Assembly (NCBI GenBank): GCA_051877515.1
Contig: JBJEIY010000010.1
Coordinates: 27,000 to 90,999, forward strand
DNA: 64,000 nt
Source of the DNA: Lachnospiraceae bacterium
Lineage (GTDB): Bacteria > Bacillota > Clostridia > Lachnospirales > Lachnospiraceae
Direction of reading: 5' to 3'
Below the pieces are notes generated by a model that saw only the letters and a program-made list of their open reading frames with translations, ran no database searches and was not told the origin of the DNA. Of the stretch, positions 27,900-37,201 are shown piece after piece (position 1 is the stretch's first letter; the number at the start of each line of letters is the position of its first letter). The translations under genes and the position numbers were made by a program.

Positions 27900-28163
27900 T
27901 TGGCAAACATTAAATCTGCAAAGAAGAGAATCCTTGTAGCTGCGAAGAAGAATGAGAGAAATAAAGCTGCAAAGTCTAAAGTTAAGACTTATGTGAAGAA
28001 GGTAGAAGCTGCGATCGAAGCAAATGATAAGGCAGCAGCTCAGGCAGCATTAGTAGAAGCAACATCTGTGATTGACAAAGCTACCAAAAAAGGAATTTAT
28101 CATAAAAATACTTCTGCCAGAAAGATCAGCCGTTTATCCAAGGCTGTTAATAAATTAGCTTAA
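27900..28163 (+). CDS. rpsT: 30S ribosomal protein S20
   Basis: ANIKSAKKRI... The TTG start at 27900 is 6 nt after GGAGGTG; the listed ATG at 27885 overlaps the RBS. Confidence 0.92.
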   Translation: MANIKSAKKRILVAAKKNERNKAAKSKVKTYVKKVEAAIEANDKAAAQAALVEATSVIDKATKKGIYHKNTSARKISRLSKAVNKLA

Positions 28164-28190
28164 TTCTAATAGAATAGTAGAAGAACTTTC

Positions 28191-28223
28191 AAGAACCGGG
28201 ACCGTCATCCGGTTCTTTTTTTT
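28191..28223 (+). terminator. rho-independent terminator after rpsT
   Basis: AAGAACCGG / CCGGTTCTT stem followed by a T run. Confidence 0.8.
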
Positions 28224-28238
28224 GTTTCCCGGAATACA

Positions 28239-29543
28239 ATGAAGTATCAGAGACTTCTTTGCTCTGAAATGAAAAGGAACCTGGGACAAGTAACGATTAT
28301 GTATAAATGGAAGAAAAAACGCTTTCGGGGAAGCCTGATGCTTCTTTTGGGCGGCCTTGCCGTCCTGATCATTGTAAAAAACCTGATGACCATGAATACG
28401 GGACAAAGCCTGGCAAGGCGCATGAAAGATCTGGCTTGTGATAAACTGGCATATGCGCTGGTCAAGATCCAGGCTCCGGTACTGACCTGGCAGGTGGAAG
28501 AAAAGGAAGATTCTCTGTTTGCATGGATTGAGCAGTCGCTACTGGAGGGAATGCCCCTCTATACCTATTGCAGGGAAAAACAGCAGACAGAGACAGCACC
28601 GGAATCTGCCATTACCTTTGAAATGATCCAGGCCTCTTCCGGGGTAGCGGCAGGAGAGCTTTCGGAGGAGACGCCGGGAACGGTGGAAGAAAAAAAGACG
28701 GAGGAAGTTGGCAGCAAAAAACAGGAGGGAGAGGACTGCGAGGACTCTCTGGTTGCCTACAGTGGAGATTTCCGCAAAGATATTCTGAAGGTGTTTTCCG
28801 GGAAAAAGCTAAAGGACTATGAGTACCTGATATCCCATTTTTATCATGTGGATTCCACAACACAGCTTCCCCAAAGTCAGCTGAAGTTTGGCAAATTATT
28901 TGAAAAAGACCTCACCATTGAAAAAGAAGGAAAGGAACCAAAGATTTTAATTTATCATACCCATTCCCAGGAGGGGTATAAAGCCAGTTCCAAATCCAAA
29001 GGAAAAACGGTGGTGGATGTAGGAGATTATCTTACAAAGCTTTTGGAGGAGGAATACCATATCCCTGTTTTGCACCATACCGGAGAATATGATGTGAAAA
29101 GTCGGGATACGGCATATTCTACGGCTTTGCCCCACATTGAAAAAATCCTGGAGGAGAACCCATCCATTGAAGTGGTGATCGATCTGCACCGGGACGGTGT
29201 GAATGAGAAAACCAGGCTGGTTACACAGATTAATGGAAAAAAGATGGCCCAGATCATGTTTTTTAACGGGGTAAGTCGTTCGAAGGCTCTGGGAGCGCTG
29301 GATTATCTGGAAAACAAGAATCTTTCGGAAAATCTGGCTTTTTCCCTGCAGATGCAGTTGGCGGCCAGGGCATACTATCCATCGCTGACCAGGGATATCT
29401 ATATTAAGGGCTACCGTTATAACATGCATCTTAAGGGAAAGACTCTGCTGGTAGAAGTGGGAGCCCAGACCAATACCTATGAAGAAGCAAAGAATGCCAT
29501 GGAGCCGTTGGCAAAGTTGTTAGACCGGGTGTTAAATGAGTGA
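28239..29543 (+). CDS. spoIIP: stage II sporulation protein P
   Basis: N-terminal TM; ILIYHTHSQEGY, VIDLHRDG and FFNGVSR motifs. Start ambiguous (28239, 28269 or 28299). Confidence 0.85.
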   Translation: MKYQRLLCSEMKRNLGQVTIMYKWKKKRFRGSLMLLLGGLAVLIIVKNLMTMNTGQSLARRMKDLACDKLAYALVKIQAPVLTWQVEEKEDSLFAWIEQSLLEGMPLYTYCREKQQTETAPESAITFEMIQASSGVAAGELSEETPGTVEEKKTEEVGSKKQEGEDCEDSLVAYSGDFRKDILKVFSGKKLKDYEYLISHFYHVDSTTQLPQSQLKFGKLFEKDLTIEKEGKEPKILIYHTHSQEGYKASSKSKGKTVVDVGDYLTKLLEEEYHIPVLHHTGEYDVKSRDTAYSTALPHIEKILEENPSIEVVIDLHRDGVNEKTRLVTQINGKKMAQIMFFNGVSRSKALGALDYLENKNLSENLAFSLQMQLAARAYYPSLTRDIYIKGYRYNMHLKGKTLLVEVGAQTNTYEEAKNAMEPLAKLLDRVLNE

Positions 29544-29570
29544 CGGACAGGGGACGGTTCTCTGTCCGTC
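29542..29570 (+). repeat. palindromic element copy 1 (GGACAGGGGACGGTTCTCTGTCC core); also acts as the spoIIP terminator hairpin
   Basis: GACGGACAG...CTGTCCGTC starts inside the TGA stop codon; a T run follows at 29576-29582. Confidence 0.75.
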
Positions 29571-29625
29571 ACTACTTTTTTTATTGAAATGGATGATAAA
29601 TCTATTGAGAAATACGATAAAAGGC

Positions 29626-29654
29626 TTGATAAATCTTCGTCAACATAGTATGCT
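29626..29654 (+). promoter_or_regulatory. candidate sigma-A promoter of the selD operon
   Basis: TTGATA, 17 nt, TATGCT. Confidence 0.35.
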
Positions 29655-29684
29655 AAAAAGAAGAAAAAGCTAAGAAAAAGAGGT

Positions 29685-30731
29685 ATGAAGATGGCAGAAG
29701 AAAAACTATTTTGCAGTACCGGCGGATGCACCGCAAAGCTGGGGGCGGGCATTCTGAGCAGGGTATTGGAACGACTTCCGAAGGGTGAGCCGGATCCGGA
29801 TCTGCTCATTGGATTTGACAGCAAAGATGATGCGGCAGTGTACCGACTGTCTGATGATATTGCATTTGTCCAGACACTGGACTTTTTTCCGCCAATGGTG
29901 GAAGATCCTTATCTGTTCGGTCAGATTGCGGCAACCAATGCCTTAAGTGATATCTATGCCATGGGCGGCGAAGTGAAGACGGCATTGAATATCGTCTGTT
30001 TTCCCGAGCAGATGGACTTGAATATTCTGGGTGAGATCATGCGGGGTGGCTCTGAAAAAGTGATTGAGGCCGGAGGAACTCTGGCAGGCGGTCATTCCAT
30101 TGCTGATACCGGAGTGAAATATGGTCTGTCTGTAACCGGAGTGGTACATCCGGACAGGATACTTGCCAACAATGGCGTAAAACCGGGAGATGTACTGATC
30201 CTTACCAAACCGTTGGGAGTAGGTATTATCTGTACGGCAAATCGTGTGGGACAGGCTTCCAAAGAGGCTATGGATGCGGCCATGAAATCCATGACCACCT
30301 TAAATAAATATGCGGCAGAATGCATCCGTTCGTATCCGGTACATGGCTGTACGGATGTGACAGGTTTTGGCTTTCTGGGGCATCTTCATGAGATGCTGGA
30401 TGGACGGGCTTCCTGTATCATTTATGCAGATCAGGTACCGAAATTTGAGGAAGCGCTTTCCTATGCGGATGAGTTCCTGCTTACGGCAGCAGGCCAGCGT
30501 AACCGTAACTTTGCCCAGGACAGAGTGGTGTTTGAAGATGTGGATTTTGCAATGGAGGAGATCTTATTTGATCCTCAGACTTCCGGAGGTCTGCTGTTCA
30601 GTATCGACAAGCAGGAGGCACCAAAGCTGATGGAACAGTTAAAGAAAGTGGTTCCGGCAGCACGGATCGTGGGTGAAGTCATGGAAAAGGCCGATGTGGA
30701 AATCGTGGTAAAACCTACCGCGGGAAAGTAA
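29685..30731 (+). CDS. selD: selenide, water dikinase (selenophosphate synthetase), Cys form
   Basis: [10 protein letters not shown] (active-site Cys/Lys), PurM-like AIR-synthase fold (DDAAVY, DFFPP). No in-frame TGA. The start may be the second ATG at 29691. Confidence 0.92.
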   Translation: MKMAEEKLFCSTGGCTAKLGAGILSRVLERLPKGEPDPDLLIGFDSKDDAAVYRLSDDIAFVQTLDFFPPMVEDPYLFGQIAATNALSDIYAMGGEVKTALNIVCFPEQMDLNILGEIMRGGSEKVIEAGGTLAGGHSIADTGVKYGLSVTGVVHPDRILANNGVKPGDVLILTKPLGVGIICTANRVGQASKEAMDAAMKSMTTLNKYAAECIRSYPVHGCTDVTGFGFLGHLHEMLDGRASCIIYADQVPKFEEALSYADEFLLTAAGQRNRNFAQDRVVFEDVDFAMEEILFDPQTSGGLLFSIDKQEAPKLMEQLKKVVPAARIVGEVMEKADVEIVVKPTAGK

Positions 30732-30812
30732 CCGATACAACGCAGAGCCGGGATCCGGCCTGCAGAATAGAAAACAAAAACAGCGAAAGGCTGTACTTAG
30801 GAGGAAAAGAAA

Positions 30813-31436
30813 ATGATCAAAGTAAACGCAATGGGAGATACTTGTCCAATCCCGGTAGTAAAAACAAAGGATGCCATCAAACAGTTAGGAGGAGCAGGGG
30901 TGGTAGAGACTTCTGTAGATAACGAGATTTCCGTACAGAACCTGATGAAGATGGCAAAACAGAAAGGCTATGAAGCAAAATCTGAAAAGATTTCCAATAC
31001 GGAGTTTAAAGTAACCATGACCATCGGCGAGGAGCAGGCAGCAGCTGCGGCAACCGATAATGAGCCGGTAGACTGTCTGGTAACTCCGGGCGGCGGAAAG
31101 AAAAATGTAGTGGTAGCAGTTTCTTCCGCACAGATGGGTGAAGGCAGTGAGGAGCTTGGAAAAACCCTGATGAAAGGCTTCCTCTATGCATTAAGCCAGC
31201 AGGAGGAACTGCCAGGCACCATTTTATTCTATAATGGCGGAGCGAACATTACCTGCGAGGGAAGTGTTTCTCTGGAAGATTTAAAATCCATGGAGGCACA
31301 GGGCGTGGAGATCTTAACCTGCGGAACCTGCTTAAACTTCTATGGACTGTCCGAGAAGCTGGCAGTAGGTGAAGTAACTAACATGTATGACATCGTTGAA
31401 CATCTGGTGAAAGCAGATGTTGTGGTAAAACCATAG
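30813..31436 (+). CDS. yedF: YedF-like selenium-metabolism protein (TusA/SirA-like N-domain fused to DsrE-like C-domain)
   Basis: AMGDTCPIPVVKTKDAI (CPxP motif); C-terminal DsrE-like segment with LTCGTCLNFYG. Confidence 0.8.
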   Translation: MIKVNAMGDTCPIPVVKTKDAIKQLGGAGVVETSVDNEISVQNLMKMAKQKGYEAKSEKISNTEFKVTMTIGEEQAAAAATDNEPVDCLVTPGGGKKNVVVAVSSAQMGEGSEELGKTLMKGFLYALSQQEELPGTILFYNGGANITCEGSVSLEDLKSMEAQGVEILTCGTCLNFYGLSEKLAVGEVTNMYDIVEHLVKADVVVKP

Positions 31437-31439
31437 ATC

Positions 31440-31676
31440 ATGAGGCAGAAGAAATTACAACTGGTCATTTCCTTTGAGTCAACAGCTCATGCTATGGCCG
31501 TGGAAACCTTTTGTATGGAAAAAGGACTGCCCGGAAGACTGATCCCCATTCCCAAGGAGATCACGGCGGGATGCGGACTGGCCTGGAAGGCTGATCCGGA
31601 GGCAAAAGAAGAACTGCTGGGGGCGTTTGAACAAAACGGCATTTCCTATGACGGTGTCCATGAGATCATGATCTAG
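31440..31676 (+). CDS. DUF3343 (putative Se/S carrier-like) protein, copy 1
   Basis: 78 aa, ...FESTAHAMAVE...GRLIPIPKEITAGCGLAW. Starts 3 nt after yedF. Confidence 0.7.
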   Translation: MRQKKLQLVISFESTAHAMAVETFCMEKGLPGRLIPIPKEITAGCGLAWKADPEAKEELLGAFEQNGISYDGVHEIMI

Positions 31677-31699
31677 AATCTACAAAAGGAAAAAACAAT

Positions 31700-32479
31700 A
31701 TGAGTGTATATATCGGAATTGATATCGGTTCTACCTGTGCAAAAACCATTGTGCTGGATGAGGACCGAACCATCCTGCACCGCATTTTAATGCCCACAGG
31801 ATGGAGTAGTGTGGAAACAGCACAGACCATTAAGGAGAAGCTGGGCGAGTATTCCATTGATGTGGAAAAGGAAAATGTAGTGGCTACCGGATACGGCAGA
31901 ATTTCCGTGCCCTATGCGGATAAGTGCATTACAGAGATCACCTGTCATGGAAAAGGAGCCTGCCATCTTTTTGAGAAAGAAAATCTGCTTATCATCGATA
32001 TCGGCGGTCAGGACACCAAGATCATCCAGGTGAAGGACGGCGCAGTAAGCGATTTTCTGATGAATGATAAATGTTCGGCAGGAACCGGACGTTTCATGGA
32101 AGTTATGGCCAATACACTGGCTATACGTCCGGAAGAACTGTGCGAATTGGCTTCCCGGGGAGGAAATACCACCATCAGCTCTCTGTGTACCGTATTTGCA
32201 GAGTCTGAGGTGATCAGTCTTATCGGACGGGGAGAAAAACGGGAAAACATCGCCTATGCGGTGGTGGATTCCATCGCCAGCAAGGTGGTCAGTCAGGCAG
32301 GTCACATCAACCGGGGAACGATGCCGGTGTGTCTGACCGGCGGATTGTGTGAGTTTACCTATTTGTGTCAGAGCATTGGTACAAAGTTAGGAACACAGAT
32401 ATACAGCAAAGCCGACGGAAGATATGCGGGAGCCATAGGTGCTGCCTATTTCGCCGCCGGATTGGGAGAAAAGAAATGA
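31700..32479 (+). CDS. BcrAD/BadFG/HgdC-type ATP-dependent activase (archerase)
   Basis: GIDIGSTCAKT (ASKHA phosphate-1), DIGGQDTK, and cluster-bridging Cys contexts NDKCSAGTGRF and CTVFAESE. Confidence 0.85.
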   Translation: MSVYIGIDIGSTCAKTIVLDEDRTILHRILMPTGWSSVETAQTIKEKLGEYSIDVEKENVVATGYGRISVPYADKCITEITCHGKGACHLFEKENLLIIDIGGQDTKIIQVKDGAVSDFLMNDKCSAGTGRFMEVMANTLAIRPEELCELASRGGNTTISSLCTVFAESEVISLIGRGEKRENIAYAVVDSIASKVVSQAGHINRGTMPVCLTGGLCEFTYLCQSIGTKLGTQIYSKADGRYAGAIGAAYFAAGLGEKK

Positions 32480-33618
32480 TTTATTTAGATAATGCTGCTA
32501 CCACCATGGTAAAACCACAGTGCGTGGTAGATGCAGTTGCCAAAGCCATGTCATCCATGGGAAATGCAGGCAGGGGGGCACATAGCTCAGCTTTGGACGC
32601 ATCCCGTGTAGTCTATCAGACCCGGGCAAAGCTGGCTGAGTTTTTTCACTGCAAAAGACCGGATCATGTGATTTTTACCTGTAATGCCACGGAGAGCTTA
32701 AATATTGCCATTCGCGGAATCCTGGAACCGGGAAGCCATGTGATCACCACAGAGTTGGAACACAATTCTGTGCTGCGTCCTTTATACCTCATGGAACGGG
32801 AAAAAGGAGTAAAAATTTCCTTTGTGAAGGCGGATAAGCAAGGTAACGTTAGTCCGGGTCAGTTTGAAGAACTGATCCGTGAGGATACGAAAGCCATTGT
32901 TTGTACCCATGCTTCGAATCTTACGGGAAATGTGGTGGATATCGAAGCGGTGGGAAAGATCGCCAAAGCACATGATCTGCTTTTTATTGTGGATGCATCC
33001 CAGACAGCGGGTGCATTGCCCATTGATATGGAACGGATGAACATAGATATCTTATGTTTTACCGGACACAAAGGTCTCATGGGACCCCAGGGAACCGGTG
33101 GCATGTGTATCCGGGAGGGTGTGGAGATTCTTCCTTTTAAATGCGGAGGAAGCGGAGTCCATTCTTATGAGAAGGAACAGCCCAAAGAATATCCCACCAG
33201 ACTGGAAGCAGGAACCTTGAACAGTCATGGCATTGCAGGATTAAGTGCAGCCATTGATTATCTGAATGAGGTGGGAATTTCTGCCATTCAGGAAAAAGAA
33301 AGCCATCTGGCAAAGCGTTTTTATGAAGGGGTTTCAGCTATTGATGGCGTTACGGTTTACAGTGATATGCAGGCAAAAGAGCATACCGGCGTGGTAACCC
33401 TAAACATCCGGGATTATGATTCATCCATGGTATCGGATGCGTTATATACAGATTATGAAATTGCCACCCGGCCGGGGGCACATTGCGCGCCCAAAATGCA
33501 TCAGGCATTGGGAACAACCGAGCAAGGTGCAGTAAGATTCAGTTTTTCCTGGTTTAACACAGAGGAAGAGGCAGATGCCGCCATTGCTGCAGTAAAGGAA
33601 CTGGCGGAAGAAGAATAG
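32476..33618 (+). CDS. class V PLP enzyme, NifS/cysteine desulfurase or selenocysteine lyase-like
   Basis: IYLDNAATT, FTGHKGLMGPQG (PLP Lys), RPGAHCAP (catalytic Cys loop). ATGA overlap with the activase stop. Confidence 0.85.
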   Translation: MIYLDNAATTMVKPQCVVDAVAKAMSSMGNAGRGAHSSALDASRVVYQTRAKLAEFFHCKRPDHVIFTCNATESLNIAIRGILEPGSHVITTELEHNSVLRPLYLMEREKGVKISFVKADKQGNVSPGQFEELIREDTKAIVCTHASNLTGNVVDIEAVGKIAKAHDLLFIVDASQTAGALPIDMERMNIDILCFTGHKGLMGPQGTGGMCIREGVEILPFKCGGSGVHSYEKEQPKEYPTRLEAGTLNSHGIAGLSAAIDYLNEVGISAIQEKESHLAKRFYEGVSAIDGVTVYSDMQAKEHTGVVTLNIRDYDSSMVSDALYTDYEIATRPGAHCAPKMHQALGTTEQGAVRFSFSWFNTEEEADAAIAAVKELAEEE

Positions 33619-33648
33619 AATGACATAAAGAACATAGGAGGAGAAGAA

Positions 33649-34926
33649 ATGTCAGATTACGTAAAAATGTGGGAAGAGTTAGGAATGGACTTAGAGGCAC
33701 ATGACAATTTGTGCCAGGTATTGCCAACAGCAGTGGGGGATGTATTTTTAACTCAGGAGAATAGACCGAAGGCTATGGATTTCTGGGATATGGTAATCTC
33801 TGAAGTTCATGGTATCAGACCGGCGGAGCTGATCGAAGAACAGAAGAAGGGAAGAAAAGTATTCGGAACCTTCTGTGTATATGTGCCGGATGAAGTGATC
33901 ATTGCAGCCAACGGTATTGTTACCGGACTTTGCGGAGGCTCCCAGTTCTGGGTGCCGGATGGAGAAGCGGTACTTCCAAAGAATACCTGTCCACTGGTAA
34001 AAGCATCCGTGGGAGCAAGACTTGGAAAAACCTGTCCCTTCTTCCGCATTGCGGATATGTATGTGGGTGAGACCACCTGCGATGGAAAGAAAAAGGCTTA
34101 CGAAATCCTGGGTGAGGACGTTCCTATGTATGTTATGGATGTTCCACAGATGAAGAGAGAAAAAGACATCCTGAAATGGAAGGATGAAATCAAAGAATTT
34201 GCTGCAAAGGTTGAGGAATTTACAGGAAATAAGATTACAGCTGAGAAACTGGCGGAAGCCATTAAGATCGTAAATGAGAAGCGTAAGGCAATGCAGAGGG
34301 TATATGACTGCCGCAAAAGTAAATGTCTTCCCATCTCCGGAAGAGATACCCTGCTTATGACACAGATTTCTTTCTTTGATGATCCGGTACGTTGTGCCCA
34401 GATGTGTAACCGCCTGGCGGATGAATTGGAGCAGAGAATCAAAGACGGTGTCAGTGTAGTCAAAGAAGGAACCAAGAGAATCCTGGTTACAGGAACACCA
34501 TTGGCAGTACCGAACTGGAAGTTACATAACATCATCGAAACCAGTGGTGCGGCTGTTGTTTGCGAAGAAATGTGTACCGGAACCAGATATTTTGAGAATC
34601 TTGTGGATGAAACCGCAGACAATCTGGAAGATCAGTATATGGCTCTGTCACAACGCTATATGAAGACCAACTGTGCATGCTTTACACCGAATACCGGACG
34701 TATTGATGATATCCTTCGCATGGTAAAAGAGTATCAGGTAGATGGAGTCATTGACTGCAGCCTGAAATTCTGCTGTCTGTATGATACTGAGAAGTACTCC
34801 GTATCCAGAGCCTTAAAAGAAGCCGGAGTACCGGTGCTCAGTCTGGAAACCGATTATGCAGATACCGATGCAGAGCAGTTAAGAACCAGGATCGGAGCTT
34901 TTGTGGAGATGCTGAATGAGCAGTAG
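33649..34926 (+). CDS. 2-hydroxyacyl-CoA dehydratase / double-cubane-cluster (DCCP) family protein
   Basis: 425 aa, HgdB/BcrBC-like. Cys-rich (FCVY, GLCGG, NTCP, KTCP, TTCDG, ...CEEMCTG). Single subunit only. Confidence 0.75.
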   Translation: MSDYVKMWEELGMDLEAHDNLCQVLPTAVGDVFLTQENRPKAMDFWDMVISEVHGIRPAELIEEQKKGRKVFGTFCVYVPDEVIIAANGIVTGLCGGSQFWVPDGEAVLPKNTCPLVKASVGARLGKTCPFFRIADMYVGETTCDGKKKAYEILGEDVPMYVMDVPQMKREKDILKWKDEIKEFAAKVEEFTGNKITAEKLAEAIKIVNEKRKAMQRVYDCRKSKCLPISGRDTLLMTQISFFDDPVRCAQMCNRLADELEQRIKDGVSVVKEGTKRILVTGTPLAVPNWKLHNIIETSGAAVVCEEMCTGTRYFENLVDETADNLEDQYMALSQRYMKTNCACFTPNTGRIDDILRMVKEYQVDGVIDCSLKFCCLYDTEKYSVSRALKEAGVPVLSLETDYADTDAEQLRTRIGAFVEMLNEQ

Positions 34927-35188
34927 TGATGTCCGCTATTACATCCTGTTTGCCAATTACGAACACGGCATGGCGTTGCATGAACTGCTGGATCAAGAAG
35001 AGATCCCTAATCGGATCGCGCCGGCACCCAGAGCGATTCAGGGGGAGTTGTCCTGCGGTGTTTCCATTGTACTGGAGCCGGAGGCACTGGACGATGCCAG
35101 GCGCTGTATTGCAGAGCATCATGCAGACTATTACGACATCGTTCCTTTGGAAGGGCAGATGAAGCCCAGGCGGGATAAATACTGTTAA
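34916..35188 (+). CDS. DUF3343 (putative Se/S carrier-like) protein, copy 2
   Basis: 90 aa, YYILFANYEHGMALHELL...RIAPAPRAIQGELSCGVS. 11-nt overlap with the preceding gene. Confidence 0.65.
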   Translation: MSSSDVRYYILFANYEHGMALHELLDQEEIPNRIAPAPRAIQGELSCGVSIVLEPEALDDARRCIAEHHADYYDIVPLEGQMKPRRDKYC

Positions 35189-35200
35189 GGAAAATGAAAG

Positions 35201-35223
35201 GGGCGTCCCATTTTGGGACGCCC
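35201..35223 (+). terminator. GC-rich hairpin at the end of the selD operon (no clear U tract)
   Basis: GGGCGTCCCA TTT TGGGACGCCC, a perfect 10-bp stem. Confidence 0.45.
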
Positions 35224-35315
35224 AAATCGTTGTGCGCATTGGAATGCTAATGTTTGAATTTATTACGGATCCATGGTAGAATGAATAAGATAAGTTTTAA
35301 ATTGGAGGAAAGACC

Positions 35316-37121
35316 ATGGACCAGAGTAAGATCAGGAATTTTTGTATTATCGCTCATATTGATCACGGTAAGTCTACCCTGGCTGACAGAATCATAGAGA
35401 AAACAGGCTTGCTCACCAGCAGAGAGATGCAGGCACAGGTATTGGATAACATGGACTTGGAACGGGAGAGAGGAATTACCATTAAATCCCAGGCAGTCCG
35501 TACCGTATATAAAGCACAGGATGGACAGGAGTATATTTTTAACCTCATTGATACTCCCGGACATGTAGATTTCAATTATGAGGTGTCCAGAAGTCTGGCA
35601 GCCTGTGATGGTGCCATTCTGGTGGTAGACGCAGCCCAGGGTGTGGAAGCACAGACTCTGGCCAATGTGTATCTTGCCCTGGATCATGATCTGGATGTAA
35701 TGCCGGTCATCAATAAGATCGATCTGCCCAGCGCGGATCCGGACCGGGTAGTGGAAGAGATTGAGGATATCATTGGAATTGAAGCCCAGGATGCGCCCAG
35801 GATCTCGGCCAAAACCGGCTTAAATGTTGACGAGGTGTTAGAGCAGATCGTTACGAAGATTCCGGCTCCGGGAGGAGACCCCAAGGCGCCACTGAAGGCA
35901 TTGATCTTTGATTCGTTATACGATTCCTATAAGGGTGTGATTGTTTTCTGCCGTGTTATGGAAGGTTCCATGCGGGTAGGCACTAAAATGCATATGATGG
36001 CCACCGGAGCCACAGCGGATATAGTGGAGGTCGGATATTTTGGAGCAGGACAGTTTATCCCCTGCGAGGAACTTTCTGCAGGAATGGTAGGCTATGTTAC
36101 CGCATCACTGAAAAATGTGAAAGATACCCGGGTGGGAGATACCATTACCGATGCACAAAGACCCTGCAGCGAAGCGTTGCCGGGTTATAAAAAAGTAAAT
36201 CCCATGGTGTATTGCGGATTATATCCGGCAGATGCATCCAAATATCAGGATTTAAGGGATGCACTGGAGAAGCTGCAGTTAAATGATGCTTCCTTGCAGT
36301 TCGAACCGGAAACATCCATTGCGTTGGGCTTTGGATTCCGTTGCGGTTTTCTTGGTTTATTGCATTTAGAGATCATTCAGGAACGATTGGAACGGGAATA
36401 TAATCTGGATTTAGTAACCACTGCACCGGGTGTAATTTACAAGGTACACAAAACCGACGGCGAGGTGATCGAGCTGACCAATCCCTCCAATCTGCCGGAT
36501 CCAACTTATATTGATTATATGGAGGAACCGGTTGTATCTGCAGAGATTATGGTGAGTAGCGAGTATATTGGTGCCATCATGGATCTGTGTCAGGAACGCC
36601 GCGGAACTTACATTTCCATGGAGTATGTGGAAGAAACCCGTGCGGTGTTAAAATATGATATGCCGTTAAATGAGATCATCTACGATTTCTTTGATGCTTT
36701 AAAATCCAGATCCAGAGGCTATGCCTCCTTTGATTATGAGATCAAGGGCTACCAGCGTTCTGAACTGGTGAAGCTGGATATTTTGGTGAACAAAGAAGAA
36801 GTGGACGCCCTATCTTTTATTGTATTTGCAGGAACTGCTTATGAACGTGGCCGTAAAATGTGTGAGAAGTTGAAAGAAGAGATCCCGCGTCATTTGTTTG
36901 AGATTCCTATTCAGGCAGCAGTGGGAGGCAAAGTCATTGCCAGAGAGACCGTAAGGGCTATGCGTAAGGACGTGTTGGCCAAGTGTTATGGTGGTGACAT
37001 CACCCGAAAGAGAAAGCTGTTAGACAAACAGAAAGAAGGCAAGAAGCGGATGCGTCAGGTGGGAACGGTAGAGATTCCACAGGAAGCATTTATGAGTGTG
37101 CTGAGGCTGGATGAGGACTAA
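35316..37121 (+). CDS. lepA: elongation factor 4
   Basis: [26 protein letters not shown]-terminal LepA domain. Confidence 0.97.
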   Translation: MDQSKIRNFCIIAHIDHGKSTLADRIIEKTGLLTSREMQAQVLDNMDLERERGITIKSQAVRTVYKAQDGQEYIFNLIDTPGHVDFNYEVSRSLAACDGAILVVDAAQGVEAQTLANVYLALDHDLDVMPVINKIDLPSADPDRVVEEIEDIIGIEAQDAPRISAKTGLNVDEVLEQIVTKIPAPGGDPKAPLKALIFDSLYDSYKGVIVFCRVMEGSMRVGTKMHMMATGATADIVEVGYFGAGQFIPCEELSAGMVGYVTASLKNVKDTRVGDTITDAQRPCSEALPGYKKVNPMVYCGLYPADASKYQDLRDALEKLQLNDASLQFEPETSIALGFGFRCGFLGLLHLEIIQERLEREYNLDLVTTAPGVIYKVHKTDGEVIELTNPSNLPDPTYIDYMEEPVVSAEIMVSSEYIGAIMDLCQERRGTYISMEYVEETRAVLKYDMPLNEIIYDFFDALKSRSRGYASFDYEIKGYQRSELVKLDILVNKEEVDALSFIVFAGTAYERGRKMCEKLKEEIPRHLFEIPIQAAVGGKVIARETVRAMRKDVLAKCYGGDITRKRKLLDKQKEGKKRMRQVGTVEIPQEAFMSVLRLDED

Positions 37122-37201
37122 ATTCCGGCGGTACTGTAATGGTTGCCGTGGGCCGGCGCCCCGGGGTGCAGCCGGATGATGGAAAAGGGAAGGATTTGAT
37201 C

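Noticed and set aside
29685-30731. Selenocysteine (TGA) recoding in selD or neighbouring genes.
   Set aside because: The selD active site reads GGCTAK with a normal Cys codon. No in-frame TGA interrupts any gene of the operon, and no SECIS-like hairpin was evident.
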